Assembly (NCBI GenBank): GCA_039096225.1
Contig: JBBPEB010000033.1
Span: 620,001-684,000, forward strand
Direction: 5' to 3'
DNA length: 64,000 nt
Source: Blastocystis sp. Blastoise
Lineage: Eukaryota; Protista; Bigyra: Opalinata
Made by a program: the position numbers and the translations under genes. Numbering within the stretch: the stretch's first letter is position 1; every line of letters starts with the position of its first letter. Below, one piece after another: positions 1 to 24,229 of the stretch. Below the pieces are notes generated by a model. That model did no database searches. It saw only the letters and a program-made list of their open reading frames with translations, and was not told the origin of the DNA.

Positions 1-1590
1 TATACCTATATATAAATAATATATAGGTATTTATATATACAATAAATTGAAAATATATATATTTTGTTAAAAGAAATAATAATAATAATATTATAATAGA
101 AAAAACTTGTTTATAGAATACTATATTATATATATATATACCAGGAAGTGGGAAGTCACAGGTTTTGGCGGTATCTTTATGATTTTTAAGATCTTGATAA
201 GTTTCTTCCCAAAGATCTCTACATGCTTGAAACCATTCTTCTTTAGTCTTATAATCATTAGGCATAATAATCTATATATATATATATAGATTATATGATG
301 AATTCAGTGATTAATAATAATAAATATATATATATATATAATATATATATATACTCTAGAAACAGAAGAAACAAGTGTAGTATTAAATTCAAGACATAAG
401 GCTTTTTCATTCAACATTTGTTCCTATATATAGATTATTATATACTTTTTCATTAAAAAATAAAATTTTTAATTTATATTCTTGATATAATCAATAAAAA
501 CACATTATGAAAGTATAGTATATGATTATAATAATAATAATAAACATAATAATAATAAATATAATAAAGATAATAATAATAATAATAATAAACATAATAA
601 ACATAATAATAATAATAATAACCATACTTTATTTGAAGTAAGAACACATTGAATAGGGCAATTAAGATTATAAGCTACTTCCATAACTCCTGTTTTTAAA
701 GGTAAATATCCTTCTTCTTGGAAACGATGACCTTCAGGATATACAATAACACCATCATTATATCTATATAATAAACATAATAATAATAATAAATAATATA
801 ATAAATAATATAATAATAAACATAATAATAATAATATAGTAATAAACATAATAAACATAATAAACATAATAAACATAATAATAAACATAATAATAATAAA
901 AATAAGTATATCTATATTTCCAGTTATAAACAAAGAATTCTGTAAATTTAGTTCTATCAATGCCTCTTCTTCTTCTAAACAACCATATAAATCCATTTAA
1001 CCAAGCACAAAAGGCCATTCCAGGAACACCGAAAACAACAGCATAACGAGAAATATAACTAGGACCACCACATAAACAACTATATATATATATATTTTTT
1101 GTGGAAAAAAAAAATATATATATATAGGATTCTTCCAATAAATAATAACAATAATAATAATAATAATAATAGCATATATATACGTATCAGTAAAGAAATC
1201 AGCCCAAGAACGATGATTACAGAAAAACATGGTTTTGCCTTTGTGAAGCTCTTCAGATTTCTCTGTGACTCGTACATGTACATGAAGATAAGTCATAAAC
1301 TATAATTTAAAACAATTCATTAGTATTAAATGATATCTCAAATAAAAAATGAATTCAATATTAATTAATTATCATAAAAATAATTCATTACAACAAAAAA
1401 TAAAGAATATTATTTATAATTTTCAAAAAAAAAATACTCTTCTTGAAATCTTCCAGATATTACAATTCCATGTGAACATAGAAACAATGGCACTTATAAT
1501 AGCAACAAAATTTAAATACATAAGTACAATGAACGTTTTAGTAGCATTGTAAATCTTATGAATTAATGTAGTGTTCTTGTGCACAGACAT
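1..1590 (-). CDS. Lysophospholipid / 1-acyl-sn-glycerol-3-phosphate acyltransferase family (PlsC-like), multi-exon, 3' end runs off the window
   Basis: ATG at 1590. The spliced product has acyltransferase motifs NHRSWAD (HxxxxD) and YPEGHR...LKTG and an N-terminal hydrophobic segment. At least 6 exons; intron 764-911 is AT-AG. Confidence 0.85.
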
Positions 1591-2261
1591 GATTTAAAGT
1601 TAGAAAAGTAAATTAAAAATGATGATTTATGTTTTCTATAAAGAACAAGGAGACGGTCATTTAGAAGTCTATCAGAATGTGTGAATAAATATAAAAAATG
1701 ACTGGAGCTCACCAAATTAATCATGGTTTTCTTAGTACAACGTCTAGAGTATTCAAATCGAACATTACGTAGTTATTTTCAACCAATAAAATCTGTTGTC
1801 GTCATGAATAACTGTTTTCACTTTTTCCAATTTTCTAAACTATTCATTTTTTTAAATATTAATTATAGTATATATATGTCTTTTAAGTTACGTCAATGTA
1901 ATTCTAAAACTATCAGAATTATTTAAACAAAGAAATTCTCAATTATTGTTGATTCACTGACATAAAATCTTCAAAAAATAATAAGAAAATGTTTTATGTA
2001 TATATCAGAATATGTGCATTGACTGAAGCGACTATTGACGATAAGAAAGTAAACTCATTTTTCAATGTACTTTTTAGATTTTTAGAAATAACTCTGTTAT
2101 TGTTTTCTTCTGAGATTAAAGAGATGTGATTTTATTGAAAAACTGAATATCACGTTAAATTAATTAATAAAAAGAAAAAACATTTAAAAACAATTAAAAA
2201 CTTTAAAAAATCACGGGAAATACTATTTTAGATATATAGATAAAATAAACCTTATGCAACA

Positions 2262-2796
2262 ATGGCTGTATATATACTGATCAATATATTTTATAAGAGA
2301 CTATAGAGAAAGTTGAAATCGTTATCAAATAAAAATTCAAAAGAACAATCACAAGCAAATGATGTTAATTCACATGAGATTCAACAGAGGGAAACCAATA
2401 AAGCAAAGAAAACAAAATTAAAATCTGATATTGATCTAGAAATTGAAAAATTATCTAAATTATTTGATAATGTAGATAATTATAATATAAAAACAGAAAG
2501 CTCTCCAGAAAAAGAAACAAAAACAAATATTCAGGATAAACTTAAGCTTGAAAAACAAAATTCAAATCATAAGATGAATTCTAAAACATCTATAAAGAAA
2601 ATTGATTATATAAATATATCAAAGAGAACTAAGGATGCTTATAAAGAGTACTGTAAAAGTATGAATTATCTTGAATAACTAATCATAACTGAAATATATA
2701 GATATGCAAGGTATTGTTGATCCTATGTCCTTAGAGGAATTTGTGAGAAACGAAGCTGATTTCCATACTGATCTTTTTGAGGGTATTGCAGAATGA
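2262..2796 (+). CDS. Hypothetical Lys/Glu-rich protein, 3 exons
   Basis: ATG GCT|gt..ag|AGA AAG TTG joins ORF 2313-2678; a second GT-AG intron leads to ...MQGIVDPMSLEEFVRNEADFHTDLFEGIAE* (TGA 2794-2796). Confidence 0.65.
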
Positions 2797-3588
2797 GCTT
2801 CTATATTCAAAAACTAACAAACAAAAATGTCTTTTTGGTTGAGAATCGAGTGTGAAAAAGTATATTAGTGATTTTTTTTCATTAGTTTAATAGTTAAATA
2901 CTATGAATTTTTGTATAGAGCTCTAACTCACTTCATTTGCTAGAATATTTTCAAATTTGTAGAAAATAATATATTTAAAAGTCTTTAAGACACGAGTTTA
3001 TTGTTACAGATGTATTTAGACAAGAAAAATTGTGTGTATCACGAAGATTTTGACTTTAGCAATACATTTTGAGTAAACTAGAAGAATCAAAGAATAAAGT
3101 AAAAATAAAAACTGTTTATTAGATTCAATAAAAGTATAACTAATACTAAAACACTACAATTGATCATCTAATTGTTTAAAGCTATATGAAATATAGTATT
3201 TTCTATAAAATAAGATGTATTTATCGATGTTGTCTATTTTGCCAATTAAAAGAATATGGACTAATGTAATTCAATGACAGTATTAGGTATTCATGACAAT
3301 ACTGAATCAGCTGTTTTTAAATAAAACAAACAATAATGGTTTTTATTATTTTTCCAAGGTATTATTGGTAAATTAATGGTTAACCAATAAAATGGAAAGG
3401 GATAAAAAAGTCACCACTCGGTCTTTTTAAATGAAATCAAACGCTTTTGAAGGATTCCCAGGGTTATCCATATGATGATCAAAAAGAACTTTTTTAAAGT
3501 TAAATTCTTGATATCATAGTAATTAGAGCCTAAATTAAATAAAATAAGTATTCAGACGACCCTTGAGTCAAGTTAATTACCTTCTTCA

Positions 3589-11225
<7,637 letters not shown>

Positions 11226-12441
11226 TTATATATTTATATATATACATATTTATATTTATATATATTTATATATTTATTATTTTATTTTTTGGAATAGTGT
11301 GTGTTTTTATCTTTATTATTTAATATATATATATATATGTATTTTTTTCTACTATAATTATTATTTATGTACAAATATTTTTTAATTATATTTAATGATA
11401 TTATATATGTATTTATATATATATCTATTTTTGATTACTTTTTTTTTAATATTATAATATAAACAATAATGTATTCAATATTTTTTATTTCTTAATTATT
11501 GTTTTTATTATATTTATATATTTAATATTTATTTTCACTGTACTATAAGTTTTTGTTTTGCATTATTTATATATATATATTATTATTATTTTCCTTTTTT
11601 GGAGATTAATATTAATCTTGTTTTTTATGCTATATAATATATATATAAAATTATTTATATATAACTATATATATATATACTTTTTAAATTATAAAATGTT
11701 TTTCTTCTTTTGAGTTTTCTATATATATAATTATATAATTTTTTTTTATTATATACTCAAATATATATATGTTACTCTCTTTTTCTATATATATATATAA
11801 TTGTTTTTTTTAGCATTCAAATTTATTAAGTTTCTTAAACTAGAGACTAATAATATTTATATATGTAATAAAGTTTTATATATTAATTTTTATTGCTTAT
11901 TTTTTATATTGTTTTAAATATTAAATAAAATTTTATTTAAATTTTTCATATTGATTCTTTCTTTATTTGTGTTTTCATTTCAAATATCCTTTTATTCTTT
12001 TTCATTTGAATTTTTAAAAATAGATAATCTAATGTTTATTTTAGTATTTCTTTTGATTTTTTAAAGTTAAATTTTTTAGATTTAAGTTATTATTTTTCAT
12101 TTTTTTTTAAATTCATTGTTTTATATATTGTTTTGTAACTTGTAATAATTATCATTATTATTAAAAATAATGAATGATATTTTTTATATTATTCATTTCA
12201 TATTTTTTTATAAGAATTAATGATAATAAAGTTTTTACTATTTTCAATAGAATTAATCGACAGATAATATTTTTGTTTTTGAAATGATTTATAAATAGAA
12301 TAACAATCAATAACATTTATATGAATAAAAGAATAAAGTTTATTGTATGATATTTAATAAACACTCTATAGTTATAACAAACGTTCTATAGAATTTACTA
12401 TAATAATATTCATATATATATATAGATAATTATTATTCTAT

Positions 12442-12801
12442 TTATTCATTAGAATCATCATCATCAGAATCATAACCAATTAAGCCTGTTAACGATGATG
12501 TTATTACTTGTTGTGGAGTATTTATTGAATTATTACTGGCTATAACATATTATTATTATTATATATTATATGAATATAAATATAAAAACATATATATAAA
12601 TATATAAATATATACAGGCTAATTTTGTTTTTGATGTTATTTCTTTATTATTATCTATACATTTCTTTTCTATTGAAATACTAGATTTCTTCTTTATTAT
12701 AGGCTTTTTTATAATCTTAATAGTATTTGATTTATTATTAGAAACATTTGCTGGTTTTTTATTTATTGAAACAGATGTAAAATCAATCTCACTAGCTCTG
12801 A

Positions 12802-12836
<35 letters not shown>

Positions 12837-13440
12837 TATATATATACAATATTCCTGAACGATCTTGAAGTTTTGATTTTTGAGCTTGTTCTATATGTTA
12901 ATCAATAAAGATATTTAGTATTAAAAAAATAAAAAAACATTATAAAATTTATATATTACAAAAAAGAAAAGAAAATATTTACCAAACATTTTTAATTCTC
13001 TTTCATTCTTTTCTTTAATTTCTTTTTCTTTTCGTTCTTTGATTTGTCTTTGAATTTCATAGTCCTTAAATTCTTCATCACTAATAGGTTGAATTGATAA
13101 CTTATTTCTCGCCTTTTCAGCTAATTCAATTTGGTCCTTATCATAATTTGCTTTTAATTGATCATAAAGAGGTTTTTTTTCCAATTTTACTAAGTCTGGA
13201 TCAATACCCACCTTCTCATTCTCAATTTTCTCAATCTTTTCTTTATTAGTAGTTTCATCTATTAATTGAACACTAGTAGCTATAAATCTGACAGGAGCAT
13301 CACCTTCAAATGCTTTTTCAAGATTTGGATGAGCTAATGGACATGCATCACCACGAAAGCATTTTCCCTATAGTTGACAAACGATATCAATTATATGAAT
13401 AATCATTTACATTCATAAAATCTCTGCAAATACCATCCAT
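12442..13440 (-). CDS. CCCH zinc finger + FAM192A/NIP30/Fyv6-like protein
   Basis: N-terminus MDGICRDFMN|GKCFRGDACPLAH (C-x7-C-x5-C-x3-H). Central KPLYDQLKAN...IQPISDEEFKDYEIQRQIKERKEKEIKEKNERELKMF resembles the FAM192A/Fyv6 N-terminal domain. C-terminus SLTGLIGYDSDDDDSNE*. 5 exons, canonical junctions. Confidence 0.7.
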
Positions 13441-13767
13441 TTCAATAGTTGAAAAAAAAATTATTTTGTATTTTTTCTTTTAACTCAAATTCTTTTTTTG
13501 TGGATAATTCGTTGCATAAAAATTATATAATATGACTACTGTATGTATGATTAATTTCATGCATATATAATTATAAACAAAACAAAACTAAAAAGCTTAA
13601 TACGAACATTAATAAAAGATTTTAAGAAAATAAAAATATATAATATCAATAGTATAAATATATATATTATATATATATAAGAATATTTCTAATAAAAATA
13701 ATTTTTATATTTATTGATTAATTTATGATTCAAATGAATTAAATATAGATAGAATTATTTATAGTAT

Positions 13768-16817
<3,050 letters not shown>

Positions 16818-17386
16818 CGCTTTAGTGTAAAGTATTTAAATAATAAAATATCTAAATAAAAATACTCGTTTCTCATAAAATAAACGAAAGACGAAAGTTC
16901 TTTAAAACTGTACACAAAACACGGTTATCTTTTGTATTTCTCCCCAAAACACAAGATATTCACGGAAAACGGCTTTAGAAAAACTATAATTTGTTTCTTT
17001 TCTTTGCTGGAATTAACTAAAAGAAAATATCCAGTAAAACTTCGCTTCTTTTATAGTATTTGAAATTATGTTTTACTATAATATATCTGTTAAGAAAAGA
17101 AAACCAGTTATTGGACTTTTTGAATTATGGGTTCTGTGCTGATTCACTCAATTGATCAGTAAAGTCATTCAATTCTTTTAAATTTTTGACTTGCTCATAC
17201 TTTTTTATTGATATCAACATATCTATTTTACGAATTATAAAAATCTCTGACAAAAAAAAATGTGATATGTAGTTAAATAAGGAGAAGAAAATGAATTTTA
17301 TGTGATGAGAACAATACTAGCTATATATAATATAATAAAGAACGTTAAAAAACTGAATATAAGAAAATGAGATAATTCAAAAAAAA

Positions 17387-17752
17387 CTATTCTTCAAAAT
17401 GTAATTCAATCTTATCCATATTAACATATTCAGGTTGGTTTTGTGGAGCTTGATCTGTTGTTTCAAGATTATATGTTGTATGATTTTTTTTGTGGGCAAA
17501 AAATTTAATATAGACGAAAATACAAACAGCAAGGAGAATAACACAAATAATAATAAGAACAATTAACCATGGGAATCCAGCAGGACAACCTAATATATAT
17601 ATATATAATGTGTTTAAAATAATATTATTTATATATTTTTGTATATATGAAATGAAATTTATAATAATAATATTTGTATATATATATATATATATACCTT
17701 GGTCATTTATATGTTGATATATATGACTTGATGTAACCATATTACCAAATCC

Positions 17753-17790
<38 letters not shown>

Positions 17791-18608
17791 TATATATATA
17801 TACCATTAATAGAATATTGAACTTTACTTGTTGATCCAATAAGAACAGCTAAATTAGTAAACATATCTTTACCATCTTTTGTACAACTTAATTTTCTATA
17901 TATTTATATATAATACATAATAAATATTATAATATAAAAAAAATAGCATTTTAAAATTAAAAAAAAATAAGAAATTATTTTTAAAAACTTTAATAAACTA
18001 AAAAAAAATTATAGAATATATTCCTATTTATATAGAAATACCTTATACTAACAGGAGAATCATAAGGAGTAACACCTGTACATACTATACTTTCTTCAAC
18101 TGCTTTTTTATCAGAAATAAAAAATGTAATATCACTTAAAAGAAGAGTATAAAGATCTATATAGTTATTATTGAATAATCAATTTTAAAAGATATCAAAA
18201 TATTTATTCATACTATTTCCATTATTTGCAACTACATTATATCTATAGAAACAAAAATAGTTATTTTAGAAAAATAATTATATACTCATAAGTGATGACA
18301 TCAACAGGTTTTCCAACGCATGTTTTATCCTTCATAAACGCTTTACTTAAAGATACATGGCTTAAATCTCCATCAGGACTAACCAAAACATATGTATAAC
18401 CTATATAAAAAAACAAGTAGAACGTAATCAAAACAATTATTATGTATATAGATCATCACCTACTCACTCCAGACTCTGTATTACAGTTATCTGTAAATCT
18501 ACCACAAGCTATAGTGTATTAGTTTGTAATCTATATATATTAGAAGTGTTTACGTGCAGCAAGTGCAAGAACAGCGAAGAATAAGCAAAGAATAGCTTGA
18601 TTCATCAT
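17387..18608 (-). CDS. Type I membrane/surface protein (signal peptide, Cys-containing ectodomain, C-terminal TM helix); paralogue of 29603-30732
   Basis: Signal MMNQAILCLFFAVLALAA, then CGRFTDNC...; TM WLIVLIIICVILLAVCIFVYI; tail with YVNM. 8 exons, canonical. Confidence 0.8.
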
Positions 18609-19156
18609 CAAAGAACTACTTAATGACATAATTTATTAATCAAAATGAAATCGTGAAATTTACTGAATTCTATTCTATTTTCAAGGGAATGTCCTTTTCT
18701 TTAGGAATTGTGATTCTCATCATTTTTTGAGTCATTCAAGTGGAAATACACGATTTTTATGTAGGTTTATGTTCTATTTAAGGTTATATATGTGAAAAAA
18801 TCTAAAATAATTGTGTATAAATAATAAGATTGGAATCTCATTCTTTCTTTCATCAAATAAAACGTTTATTTATAGTACAAATATTCTTATAGTCATTTAT
18901 GTAATTGTAACAAACTTTCAAAAAGAAGATTAAGATAAAAATATTCAATAAAATTCTTCATTTACAAATAATTGTTTATTTTTTTAAATTCTTCATTGAT
19001 TTTAATGATAATTTATTTTGTGAACACTTGGAATATATATATGATAATATATGAATAATGCCCATATCAGTTATTACTAATCTGATAATGAAAAGTATTG
19101 TTTGAAATGTATAAAGTGACTTTATATTGTCTAAAAATGTTTACATGTAACTGAAT

Positions 19157-19199
<43 letters not shown>

Positions 19200-19296
19200 C
19201 AAAACAATATTTATAGATCCAATAGAATATAATAACAATAAGTTTATATATATATACAAAAAGAAACATATATTATAAATAAGAGTTTGTTCAACT

Positions 19297-19499
19297 TTAT
19301 AATTCATCATCACGTTGTGCTATATATATTATATTATATTAATACTATTATATTATATTATATTATATTATATTATATTATATTATATTATATTATATAC
19401 TATTATATTATATTATATTATATTATATATACCATCAAGTTGTTCATCAACAAAATCTAATATAGATTCAGCAGTTGGTTGAAGACCAACTTCTTCAGG

Positions 19500-19543
<44 letters not shown>

Positions 19544-20353
19544 TATATATATATATACCTTAAGGTCTCCATTCATAGCAAACCATTTAATAGCAGGGGT
19601 TGTATGTAATTGATATCTATTCTATATATATAATATATATAGTATATATATATATATATATAACATATATATATATACAGCAATAGAAGGATATTTATCA
19701 CCATAAATATAAGTAAATATAACATTATCAGGATGACGAGGCACAGCTTGTTCGTAAGAAAATTAAGAACATTATATATATATTATATTATATTATATTA
19801 TATTATATTATATATATAGAATAAAAGATATAAATGCCTTTAAGAAGTTTTGACACTTTTCATGATTTTGTTTAATAAACATAACTAATACATTACGATG
19901 GCCATTGATAAAATGATCAAAATTAAGGGTATTTAATTCAATAAGTTTATTAAAATTAGTAGGTTGAATAGATTTTAATATATTTAAACGTCTTTTAACT
20001 TCAGGATATTTTTCGCTAAGAACATCAATAGATTTAATTTCATTTTTCACCTTTTTATATTCATCAGCTAAATAATCATTACCTTCCTTTATAGCCTATA
20101 TAATATATATATATATATAATATTATAATAGTTTTTATAATATTATAATACTATAAGAATAATAATAATGTCATAGAGTAATATATACTTGTTCAAGATA
20201 ATTAATATATATAGCAGCCTTCTTTAAAGTCGATTTCTTGATTTCAGCCAATATCTTCATTTTTTCAGCACGAATAGGTTCCTAAAAATAAGTATATATC
20301 AATAAATATATGATTCATAACTAATATATATGAATAGAATATGATATAATAAC

Positions 20354-20406
<53 letters not shown>

Positions 20407-21774
20407 TACATCAACAAGATCCTTAGAGAGTCTACTTAACTTCGCAGAAGTACCAAACTCATCATCAAAGCCACCACCAAAAATACGTTTAGACTCTGTA
20501 GATAGGGGATATATATATTATTATTATTATTATTATCTTTTTAAATATATATTATTTATAATCAAATACTAAATAATATATATATATATATACTATATTC
20601 ATTATTAAGGAATGTCATAAGAGTATCAACAGTGGGATTATCGACAGTTTCAGGTGTTTTGGAATTATCTCCTTTAAAGAACTTAAAAGTAGGATATTGA
20701 GTAATCTTATAATTATCACAGAAACGATCATATTGAAGACAATTTATTTTAGCAATAGAGACTTTAGGCTCATTCTATATATCATAATAAATATTATAAT
20801 AAATATAAATATAATAAATAAAAAGAATAGTAAAGTATAATAATAAATATTATAATAAATATAAATATAATAAATAAAAAGAATAGTAAAGTATAATAAT
20901 AAATATTATAATAAATATAAATATAATAAATAAAAAGAATAGTAAAGTATAATAATAATATAATAATAATAAATATATATACAGTCCAAGTATAAGCTAA
21001 TTTATCAATAGTTAATGCTAATTTTTGGCAATGAATACAAGTAGGAGTATAGAATTCTAAAAGAATATCTTTCTTTTCTTTTGTTAATGTAGCATATGTT
21101 TCAGGTGTTAATTGATTTACATAACTAGTTTTAGCAGTATAACCTAATTCTTTAGTTAACCAAGCAGTCTATATATAGTATTATATATAGTATTATTATT
21201 ATTAAATATATAGTATTATTAATATCATTATTAATATGATTATTAAATGCATACTATTATGAATATAATAAACTATCAAATAGTATAAAGAAAATAATAA
21301 TAATAATAATATTATAAATATACAAGATCATTTCCATTGAAACTAGCATATTTCTTAGTATCTTTATAGATCAATCGAATTTCAGGAGTTTCTGAATCAA
21401 CATCAATATCATATTTCTTAATAAGAGATGGATATTTCTCAGCTTTTACTGAACCAACAACAAACTAGAGAGTTATATAAAGAATAATCGCTATTAACTA
21501 TATACGTCTTTATAATCAATAAAAGAATTTTGAGCCATAACAATATCATAAAACTTAGATTCACAATTTTCACAAGCTCTGGTTTCAAAAACAATTAAAA
21601 CATTCTTGTCACCCTTAGAGGAAAGTAAATGTCCTAGATTCTTTTTCTTAAACTCAACAATACCGCTATAAACACAATAAAAACCAATAATTTATCACAA
21701 AAATACTTATCGATTCCCTCAGCAACAATTGTACTTATAATACAACAAAAAAGCAGAAGACAAGAAAACTTCAT
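19297..21774 (-). CDS. Protein disulfide isomerase family (ERp38-like: two thioredoxin domains, helical ERp29-like domain, third degenerate thioredoxin domain) with ER-retention signal
   Basis: Signal peptide; CENC and FYTPTCIHCQ motifs; AKINC...YPTFKFF; third domain HEKCQNFLKAFEQA; C-terminal RDDEL*. Confidence 0.85.
19754..19831 (-). other. U12-type (minor spliceosome) AT-AC intron
   Basis: Donor ATATCTTTT at 19831, branch-like TTCTTAAT at 19769-19762, terminal AC at 19755-19754. Phase-0 splice gives KAF|EQA. Unspliced frame stops at 19808. Confidence 0.85.
20784..20950. repeat. Intronic minisatellite, 3 copies of a 56-bp unit
   Basis: AAAAGAATAGTAAAGTAT recurs at 20821, 20877 and 20933. 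Confidence 0.85.
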
Positions 21775-22383
21775 ATTTGGTTTTTCCAAAAAAATGAGTA
21801 ATCAAATACACAAATAAAATATCTGAATAGAAAATGAAAATAATTTAGGTTTCTTTTCAATCACTTTAATAAATTTCCAGAAGCACCAAAATTTCTCAAT
21901 ATAGATATAAACTGGAAGCCAAAGAAAAAACTGAAAATGTCTGAAAATAATATTTGGTTTTTCTATATTGTTTTCTTGAATGAGTGTTTCCTTATTGTTA
22001 AGTTAAAACAACATATACAGAGAATATTCTGATATAATGATACATCATATTTGCAAATTCTGTAACAAGGTTTTTAAAAATGAATGCACTATATGACAAT
22101 TCATTTGTTCGTTAGATTATTCAAATTAGTTCTGAACATATAATTAGCATATGCTTGTACAATAAACCCATTGAAATATTATTTAAATAAATATATTAAC
22201 ACAAAAATGTATTAAAAAATTAAAAAAAGTTAATATGCACCGCAAAAAAAACAATATTCATAGGATTCCATATTGAATAGGCATGTTTTAAAAAATGATA
22301 AATGAAAACAGAAAAATATCTAAAAACAAAATCTCGAATTGTATTTAAAATGATAATAAATATCAAAAGTGTAGATATATTAA

Positions 22384-22595
22384 TTATTTAAAAGTAGTAC
22401 AATTAGGGAATAAACGTTTGACAGCACAATCAATAAAATTCATAGTAATATTTTGTACAATATATGGATTTTGAAGCATTTCAAACATAATAGCAATAGA
22501 TTGACTAGAAGTAGTTTCACTCATCATAAATGTATGTTTATCAATAGATAATAAATCAGGATTCTTCAAGAATAACGTATAAGCCTATTTATATA

Positions 22596-22637
<42 letters not shown>

Positions 22638-24186
22638 CTGAGATATTATTATTATCATATATACTAATTGTTTTGTATCTTTCATTTCTTGAGTCGTACG
22701 TTCAGTTCGTATTTCTTTTCTCTATATATACAAATTTCAATAAAAATTAATAAGCAGTGCCATCATAATAATTTTTATTATGATTTTTTATAATAAAATT
22801 AATTTGTTTTTTAAATAATAATAATTATTTTTTTTTGTATAATAATAATAATAATATATATATATATATACTTTATAATTTGGCCATAATTCAGTTCTTA
22901 ATACACCCAAAAGAAAAGTGTATAATGAATCATTTATATATACTTTTGTTATATATTGAGCAAAGGACAAAAAACTTCCTCTTCCCGTTATTTGTAATAC
23001 ACTATATATATAATATATAATATATAATATATAATATATATACGTTTTTCCAAAATTATAGAATTGTTTATTAATCCAATTTCCTTTTTGAATATCATAT
23101 AATTCATTATAATATGCGTATATAGCATTAGACAATAAATCAAAGTCTTTTTGTATTACTAAATGTATATATAAATATTTATATTATTATTTTAAATTCT
23201 AATTAAATCAAAATAATTAAAACATATAAATGTTATATTAATATATGTATATATATATACATTGATCATCATCATTATTATTAAGAATGCCTTCACTATA
23301 AGTTGATAATGGAGTTAATAATCCTTTACTATCTCTCTCATCCCCGCGGTTATTTATGCTATCCATACTTCCTCTACTCATATCTGTCATCAATGACGTT
23401 ATAACACTATTCTCTCTTGATCGTTCTTTAGAAGATTCTGTATATATAGAAGCTTGATGAAAACATTCATTAGAGAGATTTGCATAGAGAATTGAATCAA
23501 AAGATTTATGATTTATAATCTATTTATAGTTAGAGTTATAGGTATAGTCATAATTATAGTTATAAATTTATAACTATATTAGTTATAGATATATTTATAT
23601 TTATAGTTATAAATTTTTAGATATAGTTATAAATTTATAGTTATAAATTTATAGTTGTATTTATAAAATAATGATATAAACATAAAAAAGTAGCATTTAA
23701 AAAAGGATATAATAAAAAATAAAGTTTATTATTATATAAATAAATCTATATAAATAAATAAAATATATAAATAAATAAAAAATATATATACTTGATCATT
23801 AGCACAAAGTCGTTCAAAATATCCATTTAATTCTGTTATACGGTCATTAATAAATTTATTAGAAAATGTATTAAATAAAGTAAATGTTTTTGGAGGGAAA
23901 GGAGGAATGTAGATTCCCGTGATTTTTGATACTAATTGAGAATGAAAATGATGAAGTTTAGAAAAACGACGATATATTCTATATATATAATTTTATAATA
24001 AAATAAATAAAATCAAAATTATACTATATATATATACTCCCATTGTTTTTGTTCTATTCGTACACTTAAACAATATTCGACGAATTTCGAATCACGTGAT
24101 TCTGAGATACGGTAATTAGTTACTCGAATATATACCGACTTTTGAGTCTTTGATACTGTCCTATTGATAGTATATATATATATATA

Positions 24187-24229
<43 letters not shown>

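Noticed and set aside
11226-12441. 1.2-kb extremely AT/T-rich stretch as a centromere, origin or ncRNA
   Set aside because: It lies between convergent genes and fits long 3' UTRs; no distinctive structure seen.
19770-19838. GC donor with a non-AG acceptor for the PDI intron
   Set aside because: The AT-AC model with U12 donor and branch motifs fits better and restores the expected helix.
20784-20950. Regularly spaced repeats resembling a CRISPR array
   Set aside because: Head-to-tail tandem units with no unique spacers, inside a eukaryotic intron.
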